The translations under genes were made by a program, and so were the position numbers. This document shows positions 8,033-17,200 of a stretch of DNA of 39,680 bases, one piece after another. This DNA comes from Sporichthyaceae bacterium (GTDB taxonomy: Bacteria; Actinomycetota; Actinomycetes; Sporichthyales; Sporichthyaceae). The DNA is taken from positions 1 to 39,680 of the forward strand of contig DASQPJ010000281.1 in assembly GCA_035644015.1 (NCBI GenBank). The letters run 5' to 3'. Positions within the stretch are counted from its first letter, which is position 1; every line of letters starts with the position of its first letter. Below the pieces are notes generated by a model. It did not search any database, had not been told where the DNA came from, and was given only the letters and a program-made list of their open reading frames with translations.

Positions 8033-9199
8033 TCAAGCCACGGCCTCGATGTACTGCGCGGCCGCAGCGGCGCCCCCCGCGGCCTGGAACGCGTCCCCGA
8101 CATGCTGGGCGGCCTTGCGGTGCCGGGGCTCGTCCAACACCAGGTCGAGGGCCTCGCCCAATCGCTCGGGGGTGATGCCGCCGAAGGGCACCCGGATGCC
8201 CACGTCGGCGGCAACCACCTGGTTGGCGACGACGGGTTGGTCGTCCCGCATCGGCGCCACCACCAACGGCACGCCGTACCAGAGCGCCTGGCAAACGGTG
8301 TTGTGGCCCGCCTGGCAAACCACCGCCGAGCACCAGGGCAGCAGTTCCAGCTGCGGGACAACCGGCAGCACGAGGACCGAGGAGCTCGACGCGGCATTCT
8401 CGAGGAGGTCCGCCGGGTCGACGATGATCCCCTGCAGTCGATCCCGCCGATCCCGCAGCGCCGCGTGGGCGGCGGCCAGGAAGACGGCCCCGGCATCGGC
8501 GTTGGCCGCGCCGAGGCTGACCAGCACCAACTTGCGATCATCGAGCCACTCCCAGAGGAAGTCCCCGAACGCGGGACGAGGGTGGATCGACGGGCCCACG
8601 AAGCAGATGGGACCGGACGGTGCCGACACCGGGCCGGTCAACTCCGGGGTGGTGAACGCGATGATCAAATGCGGAGAGAACCGCGGGTCCTTTCCGCCGA
8701 GGGGATCACCCGTACGGGACCGCAGATCGTCGAAGCGTTCGTTCAACCAGGCGTCCACCAACGGCATACCGTCCAGTGCCCCGGGGAATTCCGCCGACGT
8801 TGTCGCGGAGGTGATCCACGGGATGCCGAGCCGCTCGGCGATCAGCGCGCCGGCCACGGCCTGCTGGTCGACCACCATGACGTCCGGACGGAATTCCTCG
8901 ACCGCCGCGAGCACGTCCGGCGCCATCACCTCGCCGAGTGGGATCAGGAAGTCCTCCCAGAGGAACTGCAACGCGGACAGGCCGCACGGCGGCGCCGGGC
9001 TTTCGAACGGCTCGCCCTGCCTGCCGCGGGGCAGCGCGCACGGGTAGATCTGCGCGGTACGGCCGGCCAGCGCCCCGACGATCTCCGGCATGCCCGCCCA
9101 GGCGACCTGGTGGCCGCGCGCGGTCAGCTCGGCGGCCACCCCGACGGCGGGGTCGACGTGGCCGACCAGCGGTGGCACGACGAACAGGTATCGGGTCAT
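8033..9199 (-). CDS. GT1-family glycosyltransferase (MGT/UDP-glycosyltransferase-like), paralogue 1
   Basis: N-terminus MTRYLFVVPPLVGHVDPAVGVAAELTARGH. C-terminal nucleotide-sugar motif VVCQAGHNTVCQALWYGVPLVVAPMRDDQP. ATGA overlap with the upstream ATPase gene. Confidence 0.9.
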   Translation of the reverse strand: MTRYLFVVPPLVGHVDPAVGVAAELTARGHQVAWAGMPEIVGALAGRTAQIYPCALPRGRQGEPFESPAPPCGLSALQFLWEDFLIPLGEVMAPDVLAAVEEFRPDVMVVDQQAVAGALIAERLGIPWITSATTSAEFPGALDGMPLVDAWLNERFDDLRSRTGDPLGGKDPRFSPHLIIAFTTPELTGPVSAPSGPICFVGPSIHPRPAFGDFLWEWLDDRKLVLVSLGAANADAGAVFLAAAHAALRDRRDRLQGIIVDPADLLENAASSSSVLVLPVVPQLELLPWCSAVVCQAGHNTVCQALWYGVPLVVAPMRDDQPVVANQVVAADVGIRVPFGGITPERLGEALDLVLDEPRHRKAAQHVGDAFQAAGGAAAAAQYIEAVA

Positions 9200-10113
9200 G
9201 CCGCACCCACGTCCACTGATCGGAACTCCACCGAATCCCGGGTCAGTCCGAGAAACGCCTCCTCCAGCGACATCCGATCAACGCGCAGTTCGTTGATCCG
9301 AATGCGGTGCTCCCAGGCCAGATCACCGATTTGCTCGGCGCTGTGCCCACGCACCGTCAGCACACCCGGGGCGGGCGCGCTGATGTCCACCCGGGGCCCC
9401 GCCAGCACCATGGTCAGGCGAACCGCCTCCGGGGTGCACACGTGCACCTGCGCCGGCGCGGCGGTGGCGATGAACTCCTCGACGGTGGTGTCCGCGACCA
9501 GCCGACCGCGGCCGATCACGATCAACCGCTGCGCGGTCAGCGCCATCTCCGAGAGCAGGTGGGACGAGACGAAAACGGTCCGGCCCTGCGCGGCCAGGTG
9601 CCGCAGCAGGCCACGGACCCAGCGGATGCCCTCGGGGTCCAGGCCGTTCACCGGCTCGTCGAGCATCACCGTCGCCGGGTCGCCCAACAGCGCGGCGGCG
9701 ATGCCGAGCCGCTGACCCATGCCCAGCGAAAACTCCCCGGCGCGGCGGCGCGTCACCCCGGCCAACCCCACCAAGTCCAGGACCTCCCCGACGCGACGTC
9801 GACCGATGCCGTTGGTCTGGGCGAGGGCGAGCAAGTGGTGGTAGGCCGGACGCGCGGCGTGTACCGCGCGGGCGTCCAGCAACACGCCCAGTTCGGCCAT
9901 CGGCACGGCGGCACTGCGGTAAGGCTTTCCGTTGACCCGCACCGACCCCGAGGTCGGCCGGTCCAGGGCCGCGATCATCCGCATCGTGGTCGACTTCCCG
10001 GCCCCGTTCGGCCCCAGGAACCCGGTCACCACGCCGGGCGCAACCGTGAACGACAGGTCATCGACCGCCGTCGCGTCCCCATAGCGTTTGGTCAGCCCAC
10101 TGACCTCGATCAC
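9196..10113 (-). CDS. ABC transporter ATP-binding protein (DrrA-like, ABC-2 subfamily)
   Basis: Walker A GPNGAGKST, signature FSLGMGQRL, Walker B VMLDEP. GTG start at 10113 overlaps the upstream stop (GTGA). Confidence 0.93.
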   Translation of the reverse strand: MIEVSGLTKRYGDATAVDDLSFTVAPGVVTGFLGPNGAGKSTTMRMIAALDRPTSGSVRVNGKPYRSAAVPMAELGVLLDARAVHAARPAYHHLLALAQTNGIGRRRVGEVLDLVGLAGVTRRRAGEFSLGMGQRLGIAAALLGDPATVMLDEPVNGLDPEGIRWVRGLLRHLAAQGRTVFVSSHLLSEMALTAQRLIVIGRGRLVADTTVEEFIATAAPAQVHVCTPEAVRLTMVLAGPRVDISAPAPGVLTVRGHSAEQIGDLAWEHRIRINELRVDRMSLEEAFLGLTRDSVEFRSVDVGAA

Positions 10114-11981
10114 GCCGGCACTTCCAGCGGGGCACCGGCCGCCGCCCGCTCGTTCGCGAGCGTCAGCAGTTCCTCGAGTGCCCGGTGCATACCGTCGATG
10201 AGCTCACGGGGCTGCGGTACTGCGGCCTCGACGCACAGGATGGTGAGGAAGAGTCGGTCCCCGTGACTGGCGACCACGAAGTTGACCATCGTGCCGCCCT
10301 CGTCGGCCGGCCCGATGAAGTGGGCGGTCTCGACCGGCGATCCGGCCAGGGCACCCATCGGCCGCTGCTCACGGACGTGGGACACGATGAGGTTCCACTT
10401 GCGCTCGCTCCGCTGGCGATCGTGGCGCATCCGATGCAGTTTGTAGTGCTGCAGCGAACGGATTACCCACGGCGGTATCTGGTCCAGCCAGTCGTCGAGC
10501 AGGTGCGGGCCCCGGACGACCAACACACGTTTCGCCCTAGCGGTGACGGCACCGATCGTGATCAATCGCTGCCACGGGTCGGTGAGGTCGGTGCCCAGCG
10601 TGGTCTTCAGGAACCCGACCCGGTTACCGAACGTACGACGTGGCGCATTCGCCCGATCCAGGCCCACCGGCACGTTCGCCACCAGCGACGGCGTGGGCAG
10701 GCTGTCCCGCGCGGACAGATACGCCCGCATCGCACCGGCGACGAGCACCAGCACGACGTCGTTGATCGTGACCCCGGCCGCGTCCTTGATCCGCGTCACG
10801 TCGGCCATGTCCAGCGTGGAACTGGCGAGGGTCTTTCGTCCGGTGAACGGTCGGTAGGGCCGGCACATCGCGGTGTCTCTATTGCTCGGCAGGACGACCG
10901 CCGAGGCTGCCATGGCTGCCTTCGCCGCGGCCGAACTGGTTCGCGTGGCGCGCACCAGGGCGGGCAGCCGGTGCGCTGCCCTGGCCTGGTCCGCCAGCCC
11001 CTCGACAAGCAGCCGCCGCGCGCTCGGTACGGGCTGCGACTCCGCTGTCTGCGTCGGCTCGGACCCGACATCGCTCACCAGGATCTGCAGTGTATTCAGC
11101 AGTGCGAACCCGTCAGTGACACAGTGATGGACCGTCAGCACGACGGTCTGCCGACCATCCGCCAGACCGTGGACCAGGGTCAACCGCCACAGCGGCCGCC
11201 GTCGGTCCAGGCCACGCCCGGCCTGCTCGGCGCAGAAGGCGTCGAGCACGTCCGCCGTGCCCGGGGCAGCGATGGTGTGCTCCTCCACGTGATGGGTGAT
11301 GTCGAAGTCGGCATCGTCGACGTACACCGGATGACCGAGCCCGAACGGAACGCCCACCACCCGCCACCGGAAGGCAGGCAGGGCACCCAGCCGCTCCGCG
11401 ACGTGGTGGCGCAACTGCGCCACGTCGAGCAGGGTCGACGATCCGTCCGCGGCGACCCGCGGACGCAACCGCAGCACCGCAAGACAATTCGCCGTCGTGC
11501 CGGAGTACTCGCCGGAATAGAAGGCGGAGTCGAGCCCCGACAATCGTCGGGCTGCGCGCCGGCGAGCCACGACTGCCTCGGCCCTGCTGTCCGTTTCGTG
11601 CCGGCCGGTCATCAGCACAGGGACCAGGATGCACAGCAAGAACACCGCGCCCAGCGCGAGGTGTCCCGATCGGTGCTCGCCACGTTCGACAGCCGCTACA
11701 GCGGCGGTCGTCCACATGGCGGCGTTGGCCGCACCGGCAAATCGGCCGCTCACCCCGAGCCGGCGCCACCGACCGCCGCGAGGCGCGGTGAACGCCGCGA
11801 GCGTAGCCACGGCCAGGCCGGCTCCGATGGCCCACCGAGAGACCCACCAGGACGGTCGATCGAGTTGCAGCCACACCAGGGTGCCCAGCAGCCCGACGAG
11901 CGCACCGACGACCAGTGCGATCTTCTGCTCACGCGTGGGCGGCGGGTTGAACCGCCGGAACGTTCGGCTCAGCGTTTTCAC
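10110..11981 (-). CDS. WS/DGAT-family acyltransferase (HHxxxDG) fused to an N-terminal ~130-aa four-TM domain
   Basis: Track ORF 10110..12497. I start it at GTG 11981, which overlaps the GT stop (GTGA). Residues 1-130 contain about four hydrophobic segments. From LSGLDSAFY onward the sequence is WS/DGAT-like, with the active-site motif HHCVTDG encoded at 11109-11129. Confidence 0.8.
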   Translation of the reverse strand: MKTLSRTFRRFNPPPTREQKIALVVGALVGLLGTLVWLQLDRPSWWVSRWAIGAGLAVATLAAFTAPRGGRWRRLGVSGRFAGAANAAMWTTAAVAAVERGEHRSGHLALGAVFLLCILVPVLMTGRHETDSRAEAVVARRRAARRLSGLDSAFYSGEYSGTTANCLAVLRLRPRVAADGSSTLLDVAQLRHHVAERLGALPAFRWRVVGVPFGLGHPVYVDDADFDITHHVEEHTIAAPGTADVLDAFCAEQAGRGLDRRRPLWRLTLVHGLADGRQTVVLTVHHCVTDGFALLNTLQILVSDVGSEPTQTAESQPVPSARRLLVEGLADQARAAHRLPALVRATRTSSAAAKAAMAASAVVLPSNRDTAMCRPYRPFTGRKTLASSTLDMADVTRIKDAAGVTINDVVLVLVAGAMRAYLSARDSLPTPSLVANVPVGLDRANAPRRTFGNRVGFLKTTLGTDLTDPWQRLITIGAVTARAKRVLVVRGPHLLDDWLDQIPPWVIRSLQHYKLHRMRHDRQRSERKWNLIVSHVREQRPMGALAGSPVETAHFIGPADEGGTMVNFVVASHGDRLFLTILCVEAAVPQPRELIDGMHRALEELLTLANERAAAGAPLEVPA

Positions 11982-13147
11982 GCCAACACCTCCATGTGAT
12001 CGGCGGCGGTGGCGGCGCCACCCGCGGCCCGAAAGGAGTCCCCCAGGTACTCGGCACACTTGCGGTACATCGGGTCGTCGAGGACCGCGTCGATGGCCTC
12101 GCCCAGTCGCTGGGCGGTGATCCGCCCGAATCGCACCCGCATGCCGGCGCCCGCGGTGACGACCTGACCGGCCACCGTCGGCTGGTCGTCCACGATCGGC
12201 GCCACCACCAGGGGAACGCCGTGCCAGAGTGTCTCGCAGACGGTGTTGTGCCCGGCGTGACAGACCACCGCCGAGCAGTGCGGAAGCAACTGCACCTGCG
12301 GCACCGCCGCCAGCACCAGGACGTCGTCGGTGACCGGGGCGCCCGCGAGGAGGTTGCCGGGGTCGACGATGACACCTTGCAGGCGGTCGGCGCGGTCGGT
12401 GAGGGCGGCGTGAGCGGCCGTCAGAAACGCCGAACCCGCGTCGGTGTTGACCGTACCCAAGCTGACCAGCACGAGCCTGCGCGTGGCGTCGAGCCATTCG
12501 ACGGGGAACTGCCCGTAGCCCGGCCGGGCCGCGATCGACGGACCCACGAAGCGGAGCGGTCCGCCCGGGGATACCGCACAGGCGGAGAGTTCCGGGGTGG
12601 TGAACGCGATGATCAGGTGCGGGGAGAACCGCAGGTCGGCGCCACCCGGCGGGACACCCATACGGTCATGCAACGCGCGCAGCAGGTCGCGCACCCAGGC
12701 CTCGACCAGCGGCATGCCATCGCGGGCCGCGACGAATTCCGCGGACGTCGTCGCGGACGTCACCCAGGCAATGCCCAACTGCTCGGCCACCAGCGCGCCC
12801 GCCACCGTCTGTTGGTCGACGATCAGGACGTCCGGACGGAACTGCTCCGCAGCCGTGCGCACACCCGGCACCATCGCCTCGCCGAGTGGGATCAAGAACT
12901 GCTCCCACAGGAACTGCAACGCGGCCGGGCCGCGGAGGCCCGGAGGGCGACCGACCGGTGCACCGGAGGCATCCCGGGGCACCGCGCAGTCGAAGACCTC
13001 GGCGCTCGGACCTGCGAGGCGGGCGATGATCTCGGACTGCCCGGCCCAGGCCACCCGGTGGCCACGCGCCGTGAGTTCGGCGGCCACGCCGACCAGCGGG
13101 TTGATGTGCCCGACCAGCGGGGGCACCACGATCAGGAACCGGCTCAT
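11978..13147 (-). CDS. GT1-family glycosyltransferase, paralogue 2
   Basis: Track ORF 11978..13576. The real start is ATG 13147 (MSRFLIVVPPLVGHINPLVGVAAELTARGH), which overlaps the upstream stop (ATGA). It is collinear with paralogue 1 over its whole length (roughly two thirds identical by eye) and shares the motif VVCHAGHNTVCETLWHGVPLVVAPIVDDQP. Confidence 0.9.
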   Translation of the reverse strand: MSRFLIVVPPLVGHINPLVGVAAELTARGHRVAWAGQSEIIARLAGPSAEVFDCAVPRDASGAPVGRPPGLRGPAALQFLWEQFLIPLGEAMVPGVRTAAEQFRPDVLIVDQQTVAGALVAEQLGIAWVTSATTSAEFVAARDGMPLVEAWVRDLLRALHDRMGVPPGGADLRFSPHLIIAFTTPELSACAVSPGGPLRFVGPSIAARPGYGQFPVEWLDATRRLVLVSLGTVNTDAGSAFLTAAHAALTDRADRLQGVIVDPGNLLAGAPVTDDVLVLAAVPQVQLLPHCSAVVCHAGHNTVCETLWHGVPLVVAPIVDDQPTVAGQVVTAGAGMRVRFGRITAQRLGEAIDAVLDDPMYRKCAEYLGDSFRAAGGAATAADHMEVLA

Positions 13148-13974
13148 GAGGCGGCCCGCAGTCCGGGAGTGGTCGGCAGCGTGACGGCAACCCCTTGCTC
13201 GGCCAGCCAGTCCAGGATCAGCGCGCTGATCTGTTCGGGGGCCCCGGAGAGCACGAAGTGGTCCTGCTCCGCCACCACGGCGGTGCGACAGTCGGGCAGC
13301 GCGTGCGGCAGCCGATCGGCCAGACCGACCAGGTCGGAATCGGCGGCGTACACGGCGAATACGGGGCAACGAATCTGCCAGAACTCCATGGGATCCAGCA
13401 GCAGCTCGCTGGCCAGGATGTCCCGGGCCAGGGACGTGGTGCGCAGCATGCGGGCCGCCCGCAGCGCCAGGCGACCCATGTGTGAACCGTGCTCCGCGGT
13501 GATCGAGGCGATGGACTCCTCGAGGTTCGGATCTGTTCTGCCGTGATGCAGGCTGGGGGCGAGTTGGATCGCCCAATCCGGCGTGGCCGGCTCCGATTCG
13601 ATCGCGAAGATGCTCGCCACCCGGTCCGGGTGCAGGACGGCCATACCGAACGCGACCATGCCGCCGAAGCAGTTGCCCACGAGGTGCACCGGACCAGCGA
13701 TGCCGAGTTCGTCGAGCAGGGCCGGGAGATCCTCGACGAAACGTTCCAGTTGATAACCCGAATCCGGCCGGGTGGTGCGGCCATGACCACGCTGGTCGTA
13801 CATGACGACATCGAGGCCCGCCTCCGCCAAGGCGGGGGCCACCGTGAAGTAGTAGGTGGCCAACGTGTCGGCCGGGAAACCGTGCACCAGCACCACGGTC
13901 GCCGCCGGCGGCCGATCGGAGGGACCGAGACGCTCCACGTGGAAACGCAACCCGGCGACCTCGTGGAAGGTCAT
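13144..13974 (-). CDS. alpha/beta-fold hydrolase/acyltransferase with a Cys nucleophile (GNCFG)
   Basis: HG oxyanion motif (VLVHGFPAD). The nucleophile elbow VGNCFGG has Cys102 (codon at 13669-13671) where Ser is usual. Candidate acid and His residues (YAADSD, EQDHF) sit near the C-terminus. Confidence 0.85.
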   Translation of the reverse strand: MTFHEVAGLRFHVERLGPSDRPPAATVVLVHGFPADTLATYYFTVAPALAEAGLDVVMYDQRGHGRTTRPDSGYQLERFVEDLPALLDELGIAGPVHLVGNCFGGMVAFGMAVLHPDRVASIFAIESEPATPDWAIQLAPSLHHGRTDPNLEESIASITAEHGSHMGRLALRAARMLRTTSLARDILASELLLDPMEFWQIRCPVFAVYAADSDLVGLADRLPHALPDCRTAVVAEQDHFVLSGAPEQISALILDWLAEQGVAVTLPTTPGLRAAS

Positions 13975-14294
13975 CGACGACTCGCCTGGGTCACGGCCAG
14001 GCCATCGACCACGTGGTAGACGAGCTCCCCCACGGTGAGCGCGATCAATTCGTCCAGGTGCTTACCGGCAACGAACTCGGCGAAATTGACCCGCTCGCCC
14101 CACCGCGCGTTGAGCAGGACAGCGAGCGAGACCATGTCGATGCTCTCGAACTCGAGGTCGTCGTTGAACGACGTGCCCATGGCGATCTCGGCGCTGTGCG
14201 GCCCGATATCGGCAAGCACGTCCGCGAGCATCGCGGCGATCTCGGCGAGCACCTGCTCGGTGGTGGGGTTCACGGTGATGGTGGTCGCAGTCAT
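13971..14294 (-). CDS. discrete acyl/peptidyl carrier protein
   Basis: 107 aa. Four-helix ACP-like pattern with the phosphopantetheine-site motif DDLEFESIDMVSL (Ser51). ATGA overlaps on both sides. Confidence 0.8.
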   Translation of the reverse strand: MTATTITVNPTTEQVLAEIAAMLADVLADIGPHSAEIAMGTSFNDDLEFESIDMVSLAVLLNARWGERVNFAEFVAGKHLDELIALTVGELVYHVVDGLAVTQASRR

Positions 14295-17200
14295 GCTGGG
14301 ACCGTCCTTTCGCGATAATGGCCGGGACTGAGTTCCGGCAGCATGGGTCCGTCGGCGGCGAGGGCCACCACATAGGTGCGCGGTGGCAACCCGGGCCGGT
14401 TGGTGATGCAGCTGATGTCCACTCGGTAGATCAGCGGACTTTCTGAGCCTTCGTCAGTGACAGCCACTGAGATCTGCCGTTCCTCCGCGGCCACCACGGC
14501 GAACTCCCGCGGACGCCCCTGCAGTCCGGTCCCGCGCGCCTTCGCGACGGCCTCCTTGGCGGCCCAGAAGCGGGTGAACCACAACTCGGGTGAGCCCCCC
14601 GTGGCGAGGCAGGCCGCCAAGACCTCGCGTTCCGCGGGGCCGAGCGCGAACTCCACCGTGCCCGGCGGGCGTTCTGACACCTGCTCGATGTCGATGCCCA
14701 CGCCGAAGCCCGCTGCGGGCCGGGCGACCGCGACGGCCGTGTCGGCGCAATGCGCCACGGAGACCTCGAGATCCGGCAGCACCCGACCGTGCATCCCGCT
14801 GACCCGCGGCTTGCCGCTCTCGTCGTTGCCCACGAAAATCTCGGCCGGCCACAGCGGGCCCTCGCCATCGGCCCACAGCAGGTGACGCACCGCGTCCTTC
14901 ACGGCGACGCGCCCCAGCGCCCAACCCCGGCGCCGACGTGGCGGCTGCCGCTCGGCCAACTCCCGTTCGGCCGCGCTCAGATAGCGACGCATGACGATGT
15001 CCCTGGTGGCCAGGTCGTCACAGTGATCGACCATCAGCACCCAGTCGCCGGGCTGCAGCGCGCCGTGCGCGTTGTGCTCCACGCAGCGCTCCACCGCCAG
15101 TGAGGCCGCGTCGGAGTCGAACCGCCGGTCGCGCCAGCCCGACACTTCCGCCCACACCACGTCGCGCCCGCCGGGTCCGGGCACGCACAGCTGCACGTCG
15201 GCGGCCAACGTCGCCTCGGAGCACTCGACGATCCGGATGTGGCAGCTCACCTCCACGCCGGGCATCGGGGCCGGCCCGTGGAACCGGATCGCGCGCATAC
15301 CGATCGGGAACACCAAGGTGCGGTCCACCCCGCGCGCCATGATCCAGCAACCGAGGATCTGCCCGACGTTGTCCAGCAGTGCGCCCGGCGCCGCGGGCGC
15401 GGTGATGACCCCGCGAATATGCGCCGGGCCGATCGCCGACAGAGCACTGACCGCCTGGAAGGCCGGCCCGTGGAACATCCAGCGCCGGGCATACATCTGA
15501 CTGGCGGTCAGCGGTGGCGATTGTTCGGCCGCATCGATCGGCCACGGGTCGGGCTGCGGCGGGTAGGCCACGGCGAGTTCCAGATTGCCCCGGGCGCAGC
15601 TGCCGAAGGTCGCGGCCAGCCGACCGTCCCCGGTCGGCTCGAGGCCGATCTCGACGCTGCTCTCGGGGATCACCGGTACCCATCGCTCGAACCGCAGGTC
15701 GTGCAGCGCCACCACGACCTGACCCGGGTTACTCGCCCGGGCGGCATCGGCCAGGTGCTCGATGATCGTCGTCGCCGGGATGACCGGGAAGCGGTCGGAG
15801 GCGTCGGGCCAACCCGGACGCTGGCTGAAGAAGCAGTGGTCCCGCAGGTACGGCATGGCGTCCAGGGACACCGTCAACGCGCGGTTCGATGGGACCGGGG
15901 GCTCCGGTCGGACCGGTAGCGCAGGCTGCGTCACGCGCGGCGGGATCGCCCGACGGATGACCGCGTCGCGGCCGGCCATGAGCAGCTCGAGCGCGGAGCG
16001 CTCGGCCTCCCCCATCAGCGCCTCGAACTCGGCCACCGCCGGGAAGTGCTCGGCCAGTTCCCGAAGATCCGTCCGGCCGGCCGCCGGCGGACGCGCACCC
16101 ATCCCGGCGCGCAGCGCGGGTAGTTGCTCGGGGTCCAACGAGAGCAACGAGCCGCCCAGATCAAGACGTACCCCGACCGCCCGCGGCCGGACCGCGGGGG
16201 CCAGCGCGGCCAGGTCGACCTCGGCACCGGCGGACCACAGCGCCGTGGCCGCCAGTCGGAGCTGGGCCAGGCCATCGCGTCGCGCGGATCCCGCCGCCGT
16301 GCTCAGGTGGTCCTGCTCGCGCAGGGTGTCGGCGACCAACGCCGTCAACTGGCCGACCCCGACCTGCACGAAGGCCCGGAAGCCTGCGGTGTACATGGCC
16401 GCCAGCATCGGCCGGAAGCGCACCGGCTCCAGCAGATGACGGGTGTGCAGGGTGCGCACGGCCGCGGCATCGGCGGGGAATTCCGCAGCCGTCGTGGCCG
16501 ACCAGACCGGAACGTTCGCCGGGTGGATGTCGAACAAATCGGCACTGCGGCGGATCGAGTCGAGATAGGGCTCCAGCATCGGGGTGTGGAACCCGGACCG
16601 GAACGGCAGAACCTGGCCGAGCACGCCGCGGGCCCGCAGCGCCAGGACGAACGCGTCCACCTCGTCCTCGGGGCCGCACACGATCGTCTGCTGCGGGGCG
16701 TTGTCGTGCGAGAGGACGATCCGGGTCCCGGCCGGGGACGCCGCCAGGGCGGCGAGGTGGTCGAGCACGAGGTCTGCGCCGGCGCCCAGGGCGGCGAAGG
16801 CCAGGCCGGGCACCTGGACCGCGTCGGGGTCGTAGGTGGCCAGGAACTTGTCGATGTCCTCCTGGGAGTAGAGGCCGCCGGCGAGCATGGCGCTCCACTC
16901 ACCGACGCTGTGCCCGGCGACGGCGTCCGGCACGATTCCGACCCGGCGCAGCGCGCTGTCCAATAACCGGCCGACGGTCATCACCCCGACCATGTGCCGG
17001 CCGACGTCGCCGACGACATCAGCCCCGTCGAACAATTGCGGTGAGGGCAACCGGAAATGTGTCGCCACGTCGGACACTTGCGGCGCGAAGGTGTCCTCCA
17101 AGCCGGGGAACAGGAACGCCACGCGGCCGCGGCCCGGGCCGAGCAACTGCTCCGGGGAGAACCAGACCTCGTTGCGGCCGCGCCAGGCCTGGCCGCGTTC

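Noticed and set aside
7575-13546. Long plus-strand ORFs (7575..9047, 8102..9715, 9307..10266, 10185..11999, 11996..13546) across the GT, ABC and acyltransferase region
   Set aside because: All are antisense to genes with clear catalytic motifs. The translations are Arg/Pro/Gly-rich without recognisable domains.
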